NCBI GenBank assembly: GCA_002482565.1
Contig: DLGG01000003.1
Location: forward strand, 25,462-89,461
Length of the DNA: 64,000 bases
Reading direction: 5' to 3'
From: Solidesulfovibrio magneticus
Lineage (GTDB): Bacteria; Desulfobacterota; Desulfovibrionia; Desulfovibrionales; Desulfovibrionaceae
Positions 1 through 10,148 of this stretch are shown in pieces (the stretch's first letter is position 1; each line of letters starts with the position of its first letter). The notes beneath the pieces were generated by a model, which was given only the letters and a program-made list of their open reading frames with translations, searched no databases and was not told the origin of the DNA. A program made the position numbers and the translations under genes.

Positions 1-483
1 ACCGCCGCCGCCTCCAAGGCTGATGCGCCGCTGGACGCCTCGCTTTTCGCCGACGCCAACATCTACCTGCCCGGCGATCTGCTGGTCAAAGCCGACCGCA
101 TGGCCATGGCCAGCGGCCTGGAAGGGCGCTCGCCGTTTCTCGACAGCGAACTGGCCGTCTTCGCCGCCCATCTGCCGACCAAGCTGAAGCTGCGGGGCCT
201 GACCGGCAAATACCTGCTGCGCCGGGCCTTTTCCGACCTGTTGCCGCCCGGCATCGCCAACCAATCCAAGCGCGGCTTCGGCCTGCCCGTGGCCGGCTGG
301 TTCCGGGGACCGCTTCGAGCCTTTGCCCACGACCTGCTCATCGGCGGCAAAGTCTGCCGGGAAATCGCCCGCCCCGAAGCGGTGGAAGCGCTGCTCACGG
401 CCCACGCCGCCGGCCAGGCCGACCACGGCAAACGCCTGTTCGCCCTGGTCATGCTGGAACTGTGGCTGCGCCGGTTTTTTTAG
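1..483 (+). CDS. asnB: Asparagine synthase (glutamine-hydrolysing) family amidotransferase, C-terminal part (5' end outside window)
   Basis: Frame open from base 1. Motifs YLPGDLLVKADRMAMASGLEGRSPFLD, GKYLLRRA and KRGFGLP are typical of the Asn_synthase C-terminus. Confidence 0.88.
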   Translation, partial: TAAASKADAPLDASLFADANIYLPGDLLVKADRMAMASGLEGRSPFLDSELAVFAAHLPTKLKLRGLTGKYLLRRAFSDLLPPGIANQSKRGFGLPVAGWFRGPLRAFAHDLLIGGKVCREIARPEAVEALLTAHAAGQADHGKRLFALVMLELWLRRFF

Positions 484-486
484 AAT

Positions 487-585
487 TGCCTCCGGCGGCC
501 AGGAGAGGCGCTGCCTCTCCTGGACCTCTCCGCTGGGGGCCTGAGGCCCCCAGGCCCCCCACATGGAGAAAGGTTTAAAGGGGTT
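487..585 (+). repeat. REP-like palindromic repeat, copy 1 (two hairpins)
   Basis: TGCCTCCGGCGGC followed by hairpins CCAGGAGAGGC/GCCTCTCCTGG and CTGGGGGCC/GGCCCCCAG. Related copies at ~4175, ~10066 and ~11734. Confidence 0.7.
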
Positions 586-700
586 TGGCGAGAACTGGCT
601 CTACTTCTTCAAAAAAAAACACTTAAGATAGTAAATACTTATGTTCGTTACGAACACAAAACGAACCTCCCGTGAACAACTTGCGCACAACGCCCGGCCG

Positions 701-1522
701 TCAGTCCCGGTCAGCCAGGCCGCCGGCCGCCAGACCCGCCAACTGTTTGCGCAACTCCGCCGGCGTCACGCCGTAGAGCGCTTTGAACTGCTTGTAGAAA
801 TACGTCATGCTCGAAAAACCGCTGTCCAGGGCCGCCTCGACGATGTTGGCGTCGCCGGCCAGCAAAAGCGTGCCGGCGTTCTGGATGCGCCGGGAGTTGA
901 GGTAATCAACGACGCTCATCCCGACATGTTTGCGGAATTCCCGGGTGAGCAGACTGCGGGACAGGCCGAACCGCGACGCGATGTCGTCCAATTCCCCCGG
1001 TTCCCGCAAATGGTCGTCGAGCCAGGCGCACACGTCGCGGATGGTCGGGCCGTATTTTGACGTTCCCACCTCGCCGCCCTGCCCGGCCCGGGCATGGCGG
1101 CCAATAAAAAGCCCGATGATGCCCCACAATTCGGCCATCTCGCCCTGGTCCGCCAGCCCCAGGCTGGCCGGTATCCGCTCGCCCAAGGCCCACAGCCAGC
1201 CGTCGTCCTCGCCGTAGTCCACGGCGCTGGCCCCCTGCCCGCCCAACTGACGCAAGGCGGCGGCCTGGGCCGGCGACAAATGCAGGGCCGCGTCAGCCGG
1301 AGTGACGCAGACCACGTGCAGCCGCGCCGCCTCGCCGTCGCGCATCACAAACCGATGGCGCGCCCGGGGAGCGATCAGCACGGCTCGGCGGTCGACCAAT
1401 TCGATGTCGTGTCCGTCAAGCACCACCAGCCCGGAACCGCCGCGACAAAGCAACAGCTCGGCCACGTCGTGGGCGTGCCCGGGCGACGATTCGCCAAGGG
1501 TCAGGGAAAGGCTCCAGAACAT
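701..1522 (-). CDS. AraC/XylS family transcriptional regulator with cupin-like N-terminal domain
   Basis: N-terminal HAHD..ELL...H cupin motif. C-terminal HTH_AraC (IVEAALDSGFSSMTYFYKQFKALYGVTP). Confidence 0.9.
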   Translation of the reverse strand: MFWSLSLTLGESSPGHAHDVAELLLCRGGSGLVVLDGHDIELVDRRAVLIAPRARHRFVMRDGEAARLHVVCVTPADAALHLSPAQAAALRQLGGQGASAVDYGEDDGWLWALGERIPASLGLADQGEMAELWGIIGLFIGRHARAGQGGEVGTSKYGPTIRDVCAWLDDHLREPGELDDIASRFGLSRSLLTREFRKHVGMSVVDYLNSRRIQNAGTLLLAGDANIVEAALDSGFSSMTYFYKQFKALYGVTPAELRKQLAGLAAGGLADRD

Positions 1523-1655
1523 ACGTGTCCGATTGCGCTAAAGTTATGGCTGATCCGACATGGCTCTATCTTGAAGTTTTACTTATCAGCCTCTTATCGT
1601 AACGCCAGCCATGTTCGATAAGAACATCGGCGGCATCAATCCGTCAGGAGGCAGT

Positions 1656-2045
1656 ATGCTCCACGCCCAGGAAACGCAAGCCGACATGGACCCGAAAATC
1701 CTCGACGCCTTTCACATGATGTGGGACGCCCATCCCTCGCCGGCCATGCTGACCAAGGCCAACCACACGGTCTTGGCCGTCAACCCCGCCGCCGCGTCCG
1801 CCGGCATCCAGCCGGGAATCAAATGCTTCAGCCTGTGCGGCCCGGACAAGCCCTGCGCCGCCTGCCAGGCCCACGTCGCCATGAAGACCAACGCCTGCGT
1901 GCGCAGCCAGGTCCGTTCGGCCGGTCGGTTCGTGGATTCGTTCTGGACGCCGGTGACCGGGGTCGAGGGCGTCTACATCCACTACGCCAATGACATCACC
2001 GACTGTGTGCGGGAAGACGTGCTCGTTTCGGGCGGTGGGGACTAA
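1656..2045 (+). CDS. Small stand-alone PAS-like protein with Cys cluster (C-x2-C-x5-C-x2-C region)
   Basis: AGGAGG RBS before ATG 1656. PAS-like segment WDAHPSPAMLTKANHTVLAVNPAA, then KCFSLCGPDKPCAAC. Confidence 0.65.
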   Translation: MLHAQETQADMDPKILDAFHMMWDAHPSPAMLTKANHTVLAVNPAAASAGIQPGIKCFSLCGPDKPCAACQAHVAMKTNACVRSQVRSAGRFVDSFWTPVTGVEGVYIHYANDITDCVREDVLVSGGGD

Positions 2046-2254
2046 AGGCCGGCCGGGCTGGCGTCCAGGCGCGTGCTCGTCCGACGCTCCGTCCGCCGGC
2101 TCACGGGACCAAACAAAAGCCCGCGTTGCTCCCAAGGCACAACGCGGGCTTTGTCTCCAGTTTCGGGGCATGGCGAACACCGCGACGCACTACCCGCCGC
2201 CGCAAAACTTTCGCGACCGGCGAAGCCCGTTTCAAATGGCCGGGCTGCCGGCCT

Positions 2255-3043
2255 CTAGGCCAGCATGTCGGCCATGTTGTAGAGCTTGCCCGGCTTTTGC
2301 TTGACGATCCAGGTGGCGGCCCGCAGCGCGCCCTGGGCCAGGGTATCGCGGGTGTGGACCCGGTGGGTCACTTCGATGCGTTCGCCCGGGCCAAAGAAAT
2401 AGACCGTATGGTCGCCCACCACGTCGCCGCCACGCAGGGCGGCCACGCCGATCTCGTCGCTGGTGCGCGGGCCGATAATGCCGTCGCGGGCATGGCGCTT
2501 GACCGTATCGTAGTCCAGGCCCCGGGCCTCGGCCAGGCACTGGCCGAGCTTGATGGCCGTGCCGCTGGGGGCGTCGGCCTTTTTGCCGTGATGGATTTCC
2601 ATCACTTCCATGTTGTAGGCCGGACCGAGCTTGCGCACCAGATCAGGCAGCACGGCCAGAAGGACGTTGAGGCCCACGCTCATGTTGGGGGCAAAAAACA
2701 GCGCCGTTTTCTTGGCCGCTTCGGCCAGTTCGGCGGTCTGCTCGGCAGAAAGGCCGGTGGTGCCGATAACGCAGGGATTGCCCGAGGCGGCCACGGTCCG
2801 GGCCACTTTGACGGAATTCTCCGGCGAGGTGAAGTCGATGACCACCGCGCCCGGGCACTTGGCCAGCACCGTGGCCAGATCGTCGCCGATCTCGCAGTGC
2901 AAATTGGCCAGCCCGGCGGTGCAGCCCGTCCGCTCCAAGGCCCCGACCAGCCGGAACGTGTCCGGATCGGCCTGGATCAGCCGCACGAAGGTCGCGCCCA
3001 TGCGCCCCATAGCCCCCATCACCACCACATCGCACACGCTCAT
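2255..3043 (-). CDS. dapB: 4-hydroxy-tetrahydrodipicolinate reductase
   Basis: GAMGRMG nucleotide-binding motif, VIDFT, GTTG and [15 protein letters not shown] signature. Confidence 0.97.
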   Translation of the reverse strand: MSVCDVVVMGAMGRMGATFVRLIQADPDTFRLVGALERTGCTAGLANLHCEIGDDLATVLAKCPGAVVIDFTSPENSVKVARTVAASGNPCVIGTTGLSAEQTAELAEAAKKTALFFAPNMSVGLNVLLAVLPDLVRKLGPAYNMEVMEIHHGKKADAPSGTAIKLGQCLAEARGLDYDTVKRHARDGIIGPRTSDEIGVAALRGGDVVGDHTVYFFGPGERIEVTHRVHTRDTLAQGALRAATWIVKQKPGKLYNMADMLA

Positions 3044-3135
3044 GTCCGCGCTCCCGTCGGTTATATGGTGTCAGCGCCGCGTATCACGCCGCATTCATAA
3101 CAAGTATTTTATTTTGTGCAGTAAGAAACGCGTTT

Positions 3136-4137
3136 CTAGCAGATGCGCGGCAGTTGCTCGCCTTCGAGCATCCCCAGCAACCGCTTGCCGCCAAGGGGCG
3201 TGACCATGGCCACCTTGCCCGGATGATCGGCCACCACCCGGCCGATGACCTTGGCCCCGGCCCCCAGCGGATCGGCCGTGATGGCGGCCAGGGCAGCCCG
3301 GGCCTGAACCTCCGGCACAATACACAAAAATTTGCCTTCGTTGGCAAGATAGAGCGGATCAAGCCCAAGCACGGCGCAGCCGCCGGCCACGGCCGGATGG
3401 ATCGGAATGTCGGCCTGGGTCAGCTCGATGCCGACGTCGGACTGGCCGGCGATCTCGTTGAGGGTGGTGGCCAGGCCCCCGCGCGTGGGATCGCGCAGCA
3501 CGTGCACGCCCGGCACGGCGGCGAGCAGTTTGCCCACGATGCCGGCCAGGGAGGCGCTGTCGCTGACCACCGGGGCCTCGAAGGACAGGCCCTCGCGGGT
3601 GGAGAGGATAGCCAGCCCGTGGTCGCCCATGGACCCCGAGACGATGACCACGTCGCCCACGGCCGCCCGGTGGCCGCTGGGGGCCGGATCGACCAGGATT
3701 TCGCCGATGCCGGTGGTGTTGATGAATATCTTGTCCGCCGCGCCCCGGGGCACCACCTTGGTGTCGCCGGCCACGACGCGCACCCCGGCCTCGCGCGCGG
3801 CCTGGCCCATGGAAGCGACGATCCTGGCCAGATCGTCCATGGGCAGGCCTTCTTCGAGGATGAAGCCGCAGGTGAGGAAAAGCGGCCTCGCGCCCATCAT
3901 GGCCACGTCGTTGACCGTGCCGTGGACGGCCAGCGACCCGATGTCGCCGCCCGGGAAAAAGATCGGGTCCACCACGAAGCTGTCGGTGCTCATGGCCACC
4001 GGGCCGGCCAGCGACAGCACGGCCGCGTCGTCCATGCGGGCCAGGATGTCGTTGCCGAGATATTTGAAGAACAGATCGGCCACGAACCGGTGCGAAGCCC
4101 GGCCGCCGCTGCCGTAATCAAGCAAAACCTTGTCCAT
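3136..4137 (-). CDS. hypE: Hydrogenase maturation protein HypE
   Basis: STDSFVVDPIFFPGGDIG, RDPTRGG and C-terminal PRIC. Start placed at MDKVLLDYGSGG because the upstream ORF extension is the repeat element. Confidence 0.96.
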   Translation of the reverse strand: MDKVLLDYGSGGRASHRFVADLFFKYLGNDILARMDDAAVLSLAGPVAMSTDSFVVDPIFFPGGDIGSLAVHGTVNDVAMMGARPLFLTCGFILEEGLPMDDLARIVASMGQAAREAGVRVVAGDTKVVPRGAADKIFINTTGIGEILVDPAPSGHRAAVGDVVIVSGSMGDHGLAILSTREGLSFEAPVVSDSASLAGIVGKLLAAVPGVHVLRDPTRGGLATTLNEIAGQSDVGIELTQADIPIHPAVAGGCAVLGLDPLYLANEGKFLCIVPEVQARAALAAITADPLGAGAKVIGRVVADHPGKVAMVTPLGGKRLLGMLEGEQLPRIC

Positions 4138-4174
4138 GCCCCTTCCCTGTGTGTGATCGATCCCACTACTCCAC

Positions 4175-4230
4175 CCCCTTCCCCCATATGGGGGGTCTGG
4201 GGGCCTCAGGCCCCCAGCCGCCGGAGGCAT
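4175..4230 (-). repeat. REP-like palindromic repeat, copy 2 (hypD-hypE spacer)
   Basis: Minus strand reads ATGCCTCCGGCGGCTGGGGGCCTGAGGCCCCCAGACCCCCC. Shares GCTGGGGGCCTGAGGCCCCCAG exactly with copy 1. Confidence 0.75.
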
Positions 4231-4252
4231 CTTCATCTTCCCTCTTCTCTTT

Positions 4253-5344
4253 CTACAATTCCAACCGATATTTGTGATACGCGGCGCAGCCGCCTTCGGT
4301 GGAGACCATGCACGGCCCCACGGGCGTGGCCGGGGTGCAGGCCTTGTCGAAGAGCGGGCATTCGTTGGGGACCATCTTGCCCTTGAGCACTTCGCCGCAG
4401 CGGCAGCCGGCCAGAGGCGGCGCGTCGGGCAGGCTGACGCCGGGCAGACGCAGGGCGTCGAAGTCGGCGAATTCCTCGCGGATGGCCAGGCCGCTGCCCG
4501 GCAAGACGCCCAGGCCGCGCCACAGGGCGTCGACCGGGGTGAACACCTCGTCCATGACCGCCCGGGCCACGGGATTGCCCTCGTTGGCCACCACGCGGGT
4601 GTAGGCGTTGACCACGGCCGGCTGGCCGGAAGCGCGCATGGCCGTGATTTCGAGCAGCGCCGACAGGATGTCCAGGGGTTCGAAGCCGGTGACCACGGCC
4701 GGCAGCCCGTGCTTTTCAGCCAAAAAGCCGTAGGGGGCCGCGCCGATGATGGCCGAGACGTGGCCGGGCAGGATAAACGCGTCGATGTTGATGTCCGGGT
4801 CGGCGACCAGGGCGGCCAGGGCCGGCGGCACCAGCTTATGGAAGCTCAGCACCCGGAAGTTTTTGAGATTTTGCTCCCGGGCCAGCCGGATGGTGGCGGC
4901 CACGGCCGGAGCGGTGGTCTCGAAGCCGACGCCGAGAAAGACGGTGTCGCGCCCGGGATTGGCGGCGGCCACGGCCAGGGCGTCCACGGGCGAATAGACC
5001 ACCTCGACCCGCGCGCCGTCGGCCTGGGCCGTCTTGAGGTTTTTGCCCTTGGGGCCGGGCACGCGCATGAGGTCGCCGAAGGTGGCCAGCACAATGTCGT
5101 CACGGGCGGCCAGCTCCAGAAAACAGGCCACTTCCGATTCGTGGGTGACGCAGACCGGGCAGCCCGGGCCGGTCACGTGGGTGATGGTCTGGGGCAGGAG
5201 GCTGCGCAGTCCGGATTGGAAGATGGAGACGGTGTGGGTGCCGCAGACTTCCATGAACCGGTAGGGCGTGTCGGCTTCCTTAACGAGCCGCGCCAAAAGC
5301 GCCCGGCACAGGGCCGGGTCCTTAAAGGCCTCAAAGGAGTTCAA
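4253..5344 (-). CDS. hypD: Hydrogenase maturation protein HypD
   Basis: MEVCGTHT, GPGCPVCVT, GFETT, PGHVS and PCMVSTEGGC motifs. TTG start at 5344 overlapping the hypC end is inferred. Confidence 0.96.
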   Translation of the reverse strand: MNSFEAFKDPALCRALLARLVKEADTPYRFMEVCGTHTVSIFQSGLRSLLPQTITHVTGPGCPVCVTHESEVACFLELAARDDIVLATFGDLMRVPGPKGKNLKTAQADGARVEVVYSPVDALAVAAANPGRDTVFLGVGFETTAPAVAATIRLAREQNLKNFRVLSFHKLVPPALAALVADPDINIDAFILPGHVSAIIGAAPYGFLAEKHGLPAVVTGFEPLDILSALLEITAMRASGQPAVVNAYTRVVANEGNPVARAVMDEVFTPVDALWRGLGVLPGSGLAIREEFADFDALRLPGVSLPDAPPLAGCRCGEVLKGKMVPNECPLFDKACTPATPVGPCMVSTEGGCAAYHKYRLEL

Positions 5345-5558
5345 GGTTGAGTCCTTCCTGAAAGAGCTTGATGGTCTCGATGGCGTCTTCCCGGTCCAGG
5401 CGGCGGATGGCGAAGCCGGCGTGGACGATGACGTAGTCGCCGACAGCCGGGGCGGCGTCGATGAGTTCCAGGCGCACCTGGCGGGTGACGCCGCCGATTT
5501 CCACGTCGGCGATCTTGTCATGGATGGCGGTTACTTCCATGGGAACGGCAAGGCACAT
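5331..5558 (-). CDS. hypC: Hydrogenase assembly chaperone HypC/HupF
   Basis: MCLAVP N-terminus and VGDYVIVHAGFAI. GGAGG RBS upstream. Confidence 0.96.
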   Translation of the reverse strand: MCLAVPMEVTAIHDKIADVEIGGVTRQVRLELIDAAPAVGDYVIVHAGFAIRRLDREDAIETIKLFQEGLNLELL

Positions 5559-5654
5559 GAGGACCTCCGGGTCTGGCGGTTGGCGGCAGGCGGATTGGCC
5601 GGCGCGTCCGAAAGATATGCGCATGGGCGCGGCGCTTGTCAAAAGGCCGGCGGA

Positions 5655-6014
5655 CTAGACGCCGCCGATCTCCTCCACGGCCACGGCCTTGAAGCATTTG
5701 GGCGGAATGAATTCCTGGTGCACGGCCAGCCGGGCCTTGGACACGGCCTTGTCGGCGTCGGCGGCTTCCACGTCCACTTCGCCGGACACGGGCTTTTCGA
5801 TCTTGGTGCGAAAAGCCACTTCGTAGAGGCCGGGCTCGATCTGGCGGATGGTCAGGGGCTCGAAGTGGAAATAGGGTTCGTCGAGGCGCTCGTCCGGGTG
5901 CACCATGGCCTGGACGGCCAGCATGGCCTGGCCCTTGCCCGAGGCGGCCACGGTCTGCGTCCCTTCCAGGCCGTACAGCAGCTTCGTCTCGTAGCGAATG
6001 CGAAATTTCTTCAT
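5655..6014 (-). CDS. Hypothetical protein with an internal two-fold repeat
   Basis: 119-aa ORF (MKKFRIRYETK...) with host-like codon usage, filling the gap upstream of hypC. Confidence 0.7.
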   Translation of the reverse strand: MKKFRIRYETKLLYGLEGTQTVAASGKGQAMLAVQAMVHPDERLDEPYFHFEPLTIRQIEPGLYEVAFRTKIEKPVSGEVDVEAADADKAVSKARLAVHQEFIPPKCFKAVAVEEIGGV

Positions 6015-6132
6015 TATGTTTCCCTGCCGGCGCGTATGCCCCACGTCGGCCTTTGCTTTTTTAAGCGGGGTTGGTATCAGAACCGAGGCCGGGAGCGAAC
6101 CGTTTTTTTCACCCGCTTCCGGCTGCATTTCC

Positions 6133-6792
6133 ATGTCCGACAGCACCAACAAGCCTCTTTTTGCCGCGCCCGAGGCGGATACCCCCCCGACCGAAGCCGC
6201 GGCCCTGCCGCTTGTGGCCGAGCTGCCGCCGGTGGACGCCGTCCCCACCGACGCCCAATGCCGCTTGCTGTGGGACGCCTACGGCATGTTGCCCAACATC
6301 CGGGCCCACAGCGAACTGGTGGCCTGCCTGGCCACGGCCCTGGCCGAACTGGCCCGGGCGGCGGGGCTGGCCCTGGACGTGGCCGAGGTGCGGGCGGCCG
6401 CCCTGCTCCACGATCTGGCCAAGACCTACACCATCCGCCACGGCGGCAACCACTGCCAGCTCGGGGCGGCCTGGGTGCAGGAGATCACCGGCAATCCGGC
6501 CCTGGCCCAGGGGGTGCTGTGCCATGTCCACTGGCCGCGCGAGATCGACCTTGCCGCCGATTTCTTGCCGCTGGCCCTCATTTATAGCGACAAACGGGTC
6601 AAGCACAACCAGATCGTGACCCTGGAAGCGCGCTTTGACGACCTGCTCGTGCGCTACGGAACCACCGACTACATCCGGGGCCGCATCCGCGAGTCCTTCC
6701 AACAGGCCGAGGCCATCGAACGGGCCCTGGCCGCAACGCTTGGCGTAGACATCCATGAAAATACTTTTGGTTGCGGGCGGCTGGTCGAGTGA
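6133..6792 (+). CDS. HD/HDIG domain metal-dependent phosphohydrolase
   Basis: IRAHS...AALLHDLAK...H...HVH...YSDKRV pattern. Overlaps the ddl start. Confidence 0.85.
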   Translation: MSDSTNKPLFAAPEADTPPTEAAALPLVAELPPVDAVPTDAQCRLLWDAYGMLPNIRAHSELVACLATALAELARAAGLALDVAEVRAAALLHDLAKTYTIRHGGNHCQLGAAWVQEITGNPALAQGVLCHVHWPREIDLAADFLPLALIYSDKRVKHNQIVTLEARFDDLLVRYGTTDYIRGRIRESFQQAEAIERALAATLGVDIHENTFGCGRLVE

Positions 6793-7669
6793 GCGGGTCG
6801 TTTCCCTCTCCGGCGCGGCCCAGATCGAAAAAGCCCTGACGTCCCTTGGCCACGAGGTCGTGCCCTTTGACCTCTCCCGCGATTTTCCCGGCTTTGTGCG
6901 CCGGGCCAAGGCCTGCGATTTCGTGTTTATCAGTCTCCACGGCGCGCCGGGCGAAGACGGGCTGCCCCAGGCGCTTTTGGACGCCGCCGGCCTGCCCTAT
7001 CAGGGCAGCGGACCGGCCGGGTCGTTTCTGGCGCTGAACAAAGCCGCCTCCAAGCAGCTGTTCATCGAAGCGGGTCTGCCCACGCCGCGTTGGGTGTTCG
7101 TACCCCGCGACGCCGGCACGCAGGCACGCCCGGATTTTCCCCTGCCCTGGTTCGTCAAGCCCAACCTCGGCGGCTCAAGCATCCACATGACCTTGGTGCG
7201 CCGGGCCGAGGAGCTGCCGGCCGCCCTGGAAAAAGTCTTTGCCCACGGCGACGACGCGCTGATTGAGGAAGGGCTTTCCGGCCCGGAACTCACCTGCGCC
7301 GTCCTTGGCGAGACGGCCCTGCCCCCCATCCTCATCCGGCCCAAGGCCGGGGATTTTTTTGATTACGCCAGCAAGTACCAGCCGGACGCGGCCGACGAGA
7401 TCTGCCCGGCCCCGGTGGAACCGGCCGTGACCGAAGAACTTTCGCGCTTAAGCCTGGCCGCCCACCGGACGCTGGGACTTTGCGGCTACAGCCGGGCCGA
7501 TTTCATCCTGGCCCCGGACGGCCTCAAGCTTCTGGAAGTCAACACCCTGCCCGGCATGACGCCGACGAGCCTTTTGCCGCGCGCGGCGGCGACGGCGGGC
7601 CTGAGCTTTGCCGATCTTATCGCGCGCCTGATCGAACTTGGCCTTGCGCAGCAGGCCAAGAGGCCTTAA
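6755..7669 (+). CDS. ddl: D-alanine--D-alanine ligase
   Basis: [27 protein letters not shown] and [10 protein letters not shown] motifs. Confidence 0.95.
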   Translation: MKILLVAGGWSSERVVSLSGAAQIEKALTSLGHEVVPFDLSRDFPGFVRRAKACDFVFISLHGAPGEDGLPQALLDAAGLPYQGSGPAGSFLALNKAASKQLFIEAGLPTPRWVFVPRDAGTQARPDFPLPWFVKPNLGGSSIHMTLVRRAEELPAALEKVFAHGDDALIEEGLSGPELTCAVLGETALPPILIRPKAGDFFDYASKYQPDAADEICPAPVEPAVTEELSRLSLAAHRTLGLCGYSRADFILAPDGLKLLEVNTLPGMTPTSLLPRAAATAGLSFADLIARLIELGLAQQAKRP

Positions 7670-7777
7670 GTGAGCGCTGCACCCGGGGACGCCCGGCCCT
7701 TTACGCCGGCCCCTTTCCGATATACCCTGCCGCCGGCCGCAAGTTGCGGTCCTTAGCGAACACGTCCGGAGACACGC

Positions 7778-8905
7778 ATGAAAGCCATTTTGGCCCTCGA
7801 AGACGGCACCCTTTTTCACGGCCACACCTTTACCGGCGAGGGCAGCGCCGGCGGCGAAGTCATCTTCAACACCGGCATGACCGGCTACCAGGAAGTCCTC
7901 ACCGATCCGTCCTACACCGGACAGATGGTGTGCATGACCTATCCCCATGTCGGCAATTACGGCATCAACCCCGACGATATCGAATCGGCCCACATCCGCG
8001 TGGCCGGCTTCATCGTCAAGGAATGCTGCAAGGAGCCCTCCAACTGGCGCTCCACCATGACCCTGCCCGAATACCTGACCAGCCAGGGCGTCACGGGCAT
8101 CGAAGGCATCGACACCCGGGCCCTGACCCGCCACCTGCGCCTGCACGGGGCCATGCGGGGCTACATTTCCACCGACGTGTCCGATCCCCAGCGCGTGGTC
8201 GGGCTGGCCAAGGGCCTGCCGTCCATGGAAGGCCTGGGCCTAGCCGACCGGGTCTGCTGCGACGCGCCGTTTACCTGGTCCGGCACGGCCATGGAGCCGG
8301 CCAAGATCGTGGACGGAACCTACGCCTGGCCCGGAACCGGCCCCCGGCTGGTGGTTTTTGACATGGGCATCAAGTGGAACATCCTGCGGCTTTTAACCGC
8401 CCAGGGCTTTGACATGCTGGTGGTGCCCTACACCACCACGGCCGAGCAGGTGCGCAAGCTTGGTCCCGACGCGGTGTTTCTCTCCCCTGGCCCCGGCGAC
8501 CCGGCGGCCCTGACCGATCTGGTCCACACCACGTCGCTTCTGGTCAACGAATACCCCCTGGCCGGCATCTGCCTGGGCCACCAGCTCCTGGGTCTGGCCC
8601 TTGGCGGCCGCACCTTCAAGCTCAAGTTCGGCCACCACGGGCTTAACCATCCGGTCAAGGATCTCCAGACCGGCCGTATCGAGATATCCTCGCAAAACCA
8701 CGGTTTTTGCGTGGACATCGAGAGCCTGTCCGACGTAGAGTTGACCCACGTCAATTTGAACGACAACACCCTTGAGGGCTTTGCCCACAAGAAAAAGCCC
8801 GTCATCGCCATTCAGTACCACCCTGAGGCGGCGCCGGGTCCCCATGACAGCCGGTATTTCTTCAGCCGCTTCCGTAATCTGGTGCGCAAGGAAACGGGCA
8901 AATAA
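7778..8905 (+). CDS. carA: Carbamoyl-phosphate synthase small subunit
   Basis: [31 protein letters not shown] and [12 protein letters not shown]. Confidence 0.97.
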   Translation: MKAILALEDGTLFHGHTFTGEGSAGGEVIFNTGMTGYQEVLTDPSYTGQMVCMTYPHVGNYGINPDDIESAHIRVAGFIVKECCKEPSNWRSTMTLPEYLTSQGVTGIEGIDTRALTRHLRLHGAMRGYISTDVSDPQRVVGLAKGLPSMEGLGLADRVCCDAPFTWSGTAMEPAKIVDGTYAWPGTGPRLVVFDMGIKWNILRLLTAQGFDMLVVPYTTTAEQVRKLGPDAVFLSPGPGDPAALTDLVHTTSLLVNEYPLAGICLGHQLLGLALGGRTFKLKFGHHGLNHPVKDLQTGRIEISSQNHGFCVDIESLSDVELTHVNLNDNTLEGFAHKKKPVIAIQYHPEAAPGPHDSRYFFSRFRNLVRKETGK

Positions 8906-8932
8906 GCACGGGCGCGACAGCGCCGGGGTAGC

Positions 8933-9751
8933 ATGTCAGGCGAACTGACCAAAGCTCGGGCCCAGATCAACAAGGTCGGGACGTTCCTCAAGCAGGCCAA
9001 ACCCCTGCCGGCCGTCTCGGCCTTGTACGAAGCCATCGCGGCGGTCATGCGCACGCCGCTTATCCGTTCGGAAAAAGAAGAATTCTCCAAGCTCATCACC
9101 GACGCGGTCCTGCACCTTAACGGCGACAGGAACCTGCGCACCATCTATCCTCTCATCCTCGACTACAAGCCCGGCGCGGAAAAAGAGCTGGCCGACCAGC
9201 TCTTCAATGTCCTTGGCGAACTCCAAGCCACGGCCGTGGAAGCGGCCAAGGACTTGATGGCCGACAAGGAACAGCGCATTGCCGAGGGCCTGGCCCAAGG
9301 CAAGCTCCTGATCGAGGAAAAGCGCATCGACGAGGCCAAGGCGCTGCTGGAAAAGCTCGCCCGGGAACATCCCCACGACGCCGATCTGCGCGCCCGCATC
9401 GCTGAACTTTTCATCGGCGGCGAACTGTACGAAGAGGCGTTTTCCTACCTCGACGAAGCCATCGAGCTCTCGCCCGACCAGATCCATCACTACAACCGCA
9501 TCGCCATTGTCCTTCGCAAACTGCGCAAATACGACATCGCCGAGCGCTATTTCATGCGCGCGGCGGAGTTTGCCAAATCCGACCCCAACCTCTATTTCAA
9601 CCTGGGCCGGCTCTATATCGACTGGGAACGCTGGGACAAGGCCGAAAAATCGTCACGCCTGGCCCTGCGGTTGTCGCCGGAATTCGTCGAGGCCAGAAAG
9701 CTCCTCAACTACGCCCTCAAAAAGCAGGGCAAGGAGCCTGAATCCGCCTGA
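8933..9751 (+). CDS. Tetratricopeptide repeat protein
   Basis: Several TPR-like helical units in the C-terminal half (e.g. PNLYFNLGRLYIDWERWDKAEKSSRLALRLSPEF). Confidence 0.85.
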   Translation: MSGELTKARAQINKVGTFLKQAKPLPAVSALYEAIAAVMRTPLIRSEKEEFSKLITDAVLHLNGDRNLRTIYPLILDYKPGAEKELADQLFNVLGELQATAVEAAKDLMADKEQRIAEGLAQGKLLIEEKRIDEAKALLEKLAREHPHDADLRARIAELFIGGELYEEAFSYLDEAIELSPDQIHHYNRIAIVLRKLRKYDIAERYFMRAAEFAKSDPNLYFNLGRLYIDWERWDKAEKSSRLALRLSPEFVEARKLLNYALKKQGKEPESA

Positions 9752-9802
9752 ACCGCGAGCCTGGGCTCAGCCCGGCGCCCTCCTTTGGTTCGCAAAACGA
9801 TG

Positions 9803-9838
9803 AAACGGCGCACCGTCAAACGGCGCGCCGTTATTTTT
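9803..9838 (+). terminator. Rho-independent terminator, possibly bidirectional
   Basis: AACGGCGCACCGT-caa-ACGGCGCGCCGTT hairpin followed by ATTTTT. Confidence 0.75.
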
Positions 9839-9862
9839 ACAGCAAAGCGACGACCTTGGTCG

Positions 9863-10017
9863 GGGTACTGACTTGGGCCATGGCCTGAGGCGGAAGCACC
9901 GCCTCGGCTGCACCCGCTTTTCCCAGGCCGGTGATCCCATCACCCCCGTTGCAGCATTTGGTGTCGGGGCCTTAGCCTCTCGGCCGCCGAAACAACGTGT
10001 TCCCCTGAGCACTACCC
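9863..10017 (+). ncRNA. Candidate structured non-coding RNA, family not recognised
   Basis: Ends pair (GGGTACTGACTTGGG / CCCTGAGCACTACCC) around several internal helices. G-U pairs work on the + strand only. No convincing ORF. Confidence 0.4.
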
Positions 10018-10065
10018 TCGGCCTCCATCCCTTCCCGGCCGCCAGAGAGCTCATCCACGCCGCCC

Positions 10066-10129
10066 CCCTTCATAACATTTTTCCAATTGCAGGAGTCCAG
10101 GGGGATCATCCCCCCGGCCGCCGGAGCAT
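10066..10129 (-). repeat. REP-like palindromic repeat, copy 3
   Basis: Minus strand reads ATGCTCCGGCGGCC, then a G-run/ATGAT/C-run hairpin, then TGGACTCCTGCAAT, 20 nt after the transpeptidase stop. Confidence 0.65.
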
Positions 10130-10148
10130 ATTTCTTCTTGTTTCCGGG

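Noticed and set aside
4138-4236. N-terminal extension of HypE (MKMPPAAGGLRPPDPP...)
   Set aside because: It is a translation of the REP-like repeat. HypE homology starts at 4137.
9863-10017. Assignment as SRP RNA, tmRNA, RNase P or lysine/SAM/cobalamin riboswitch
   Set aside because: The diagnostic conserved sequences are absent or in the wrong order, and there is no downstream gene to regulate.
9767-10054. 95-aa minus-strand ORF in the structured intergenic region
   Set aside because: No RBS, atypical composition, and it runs through a terminator.
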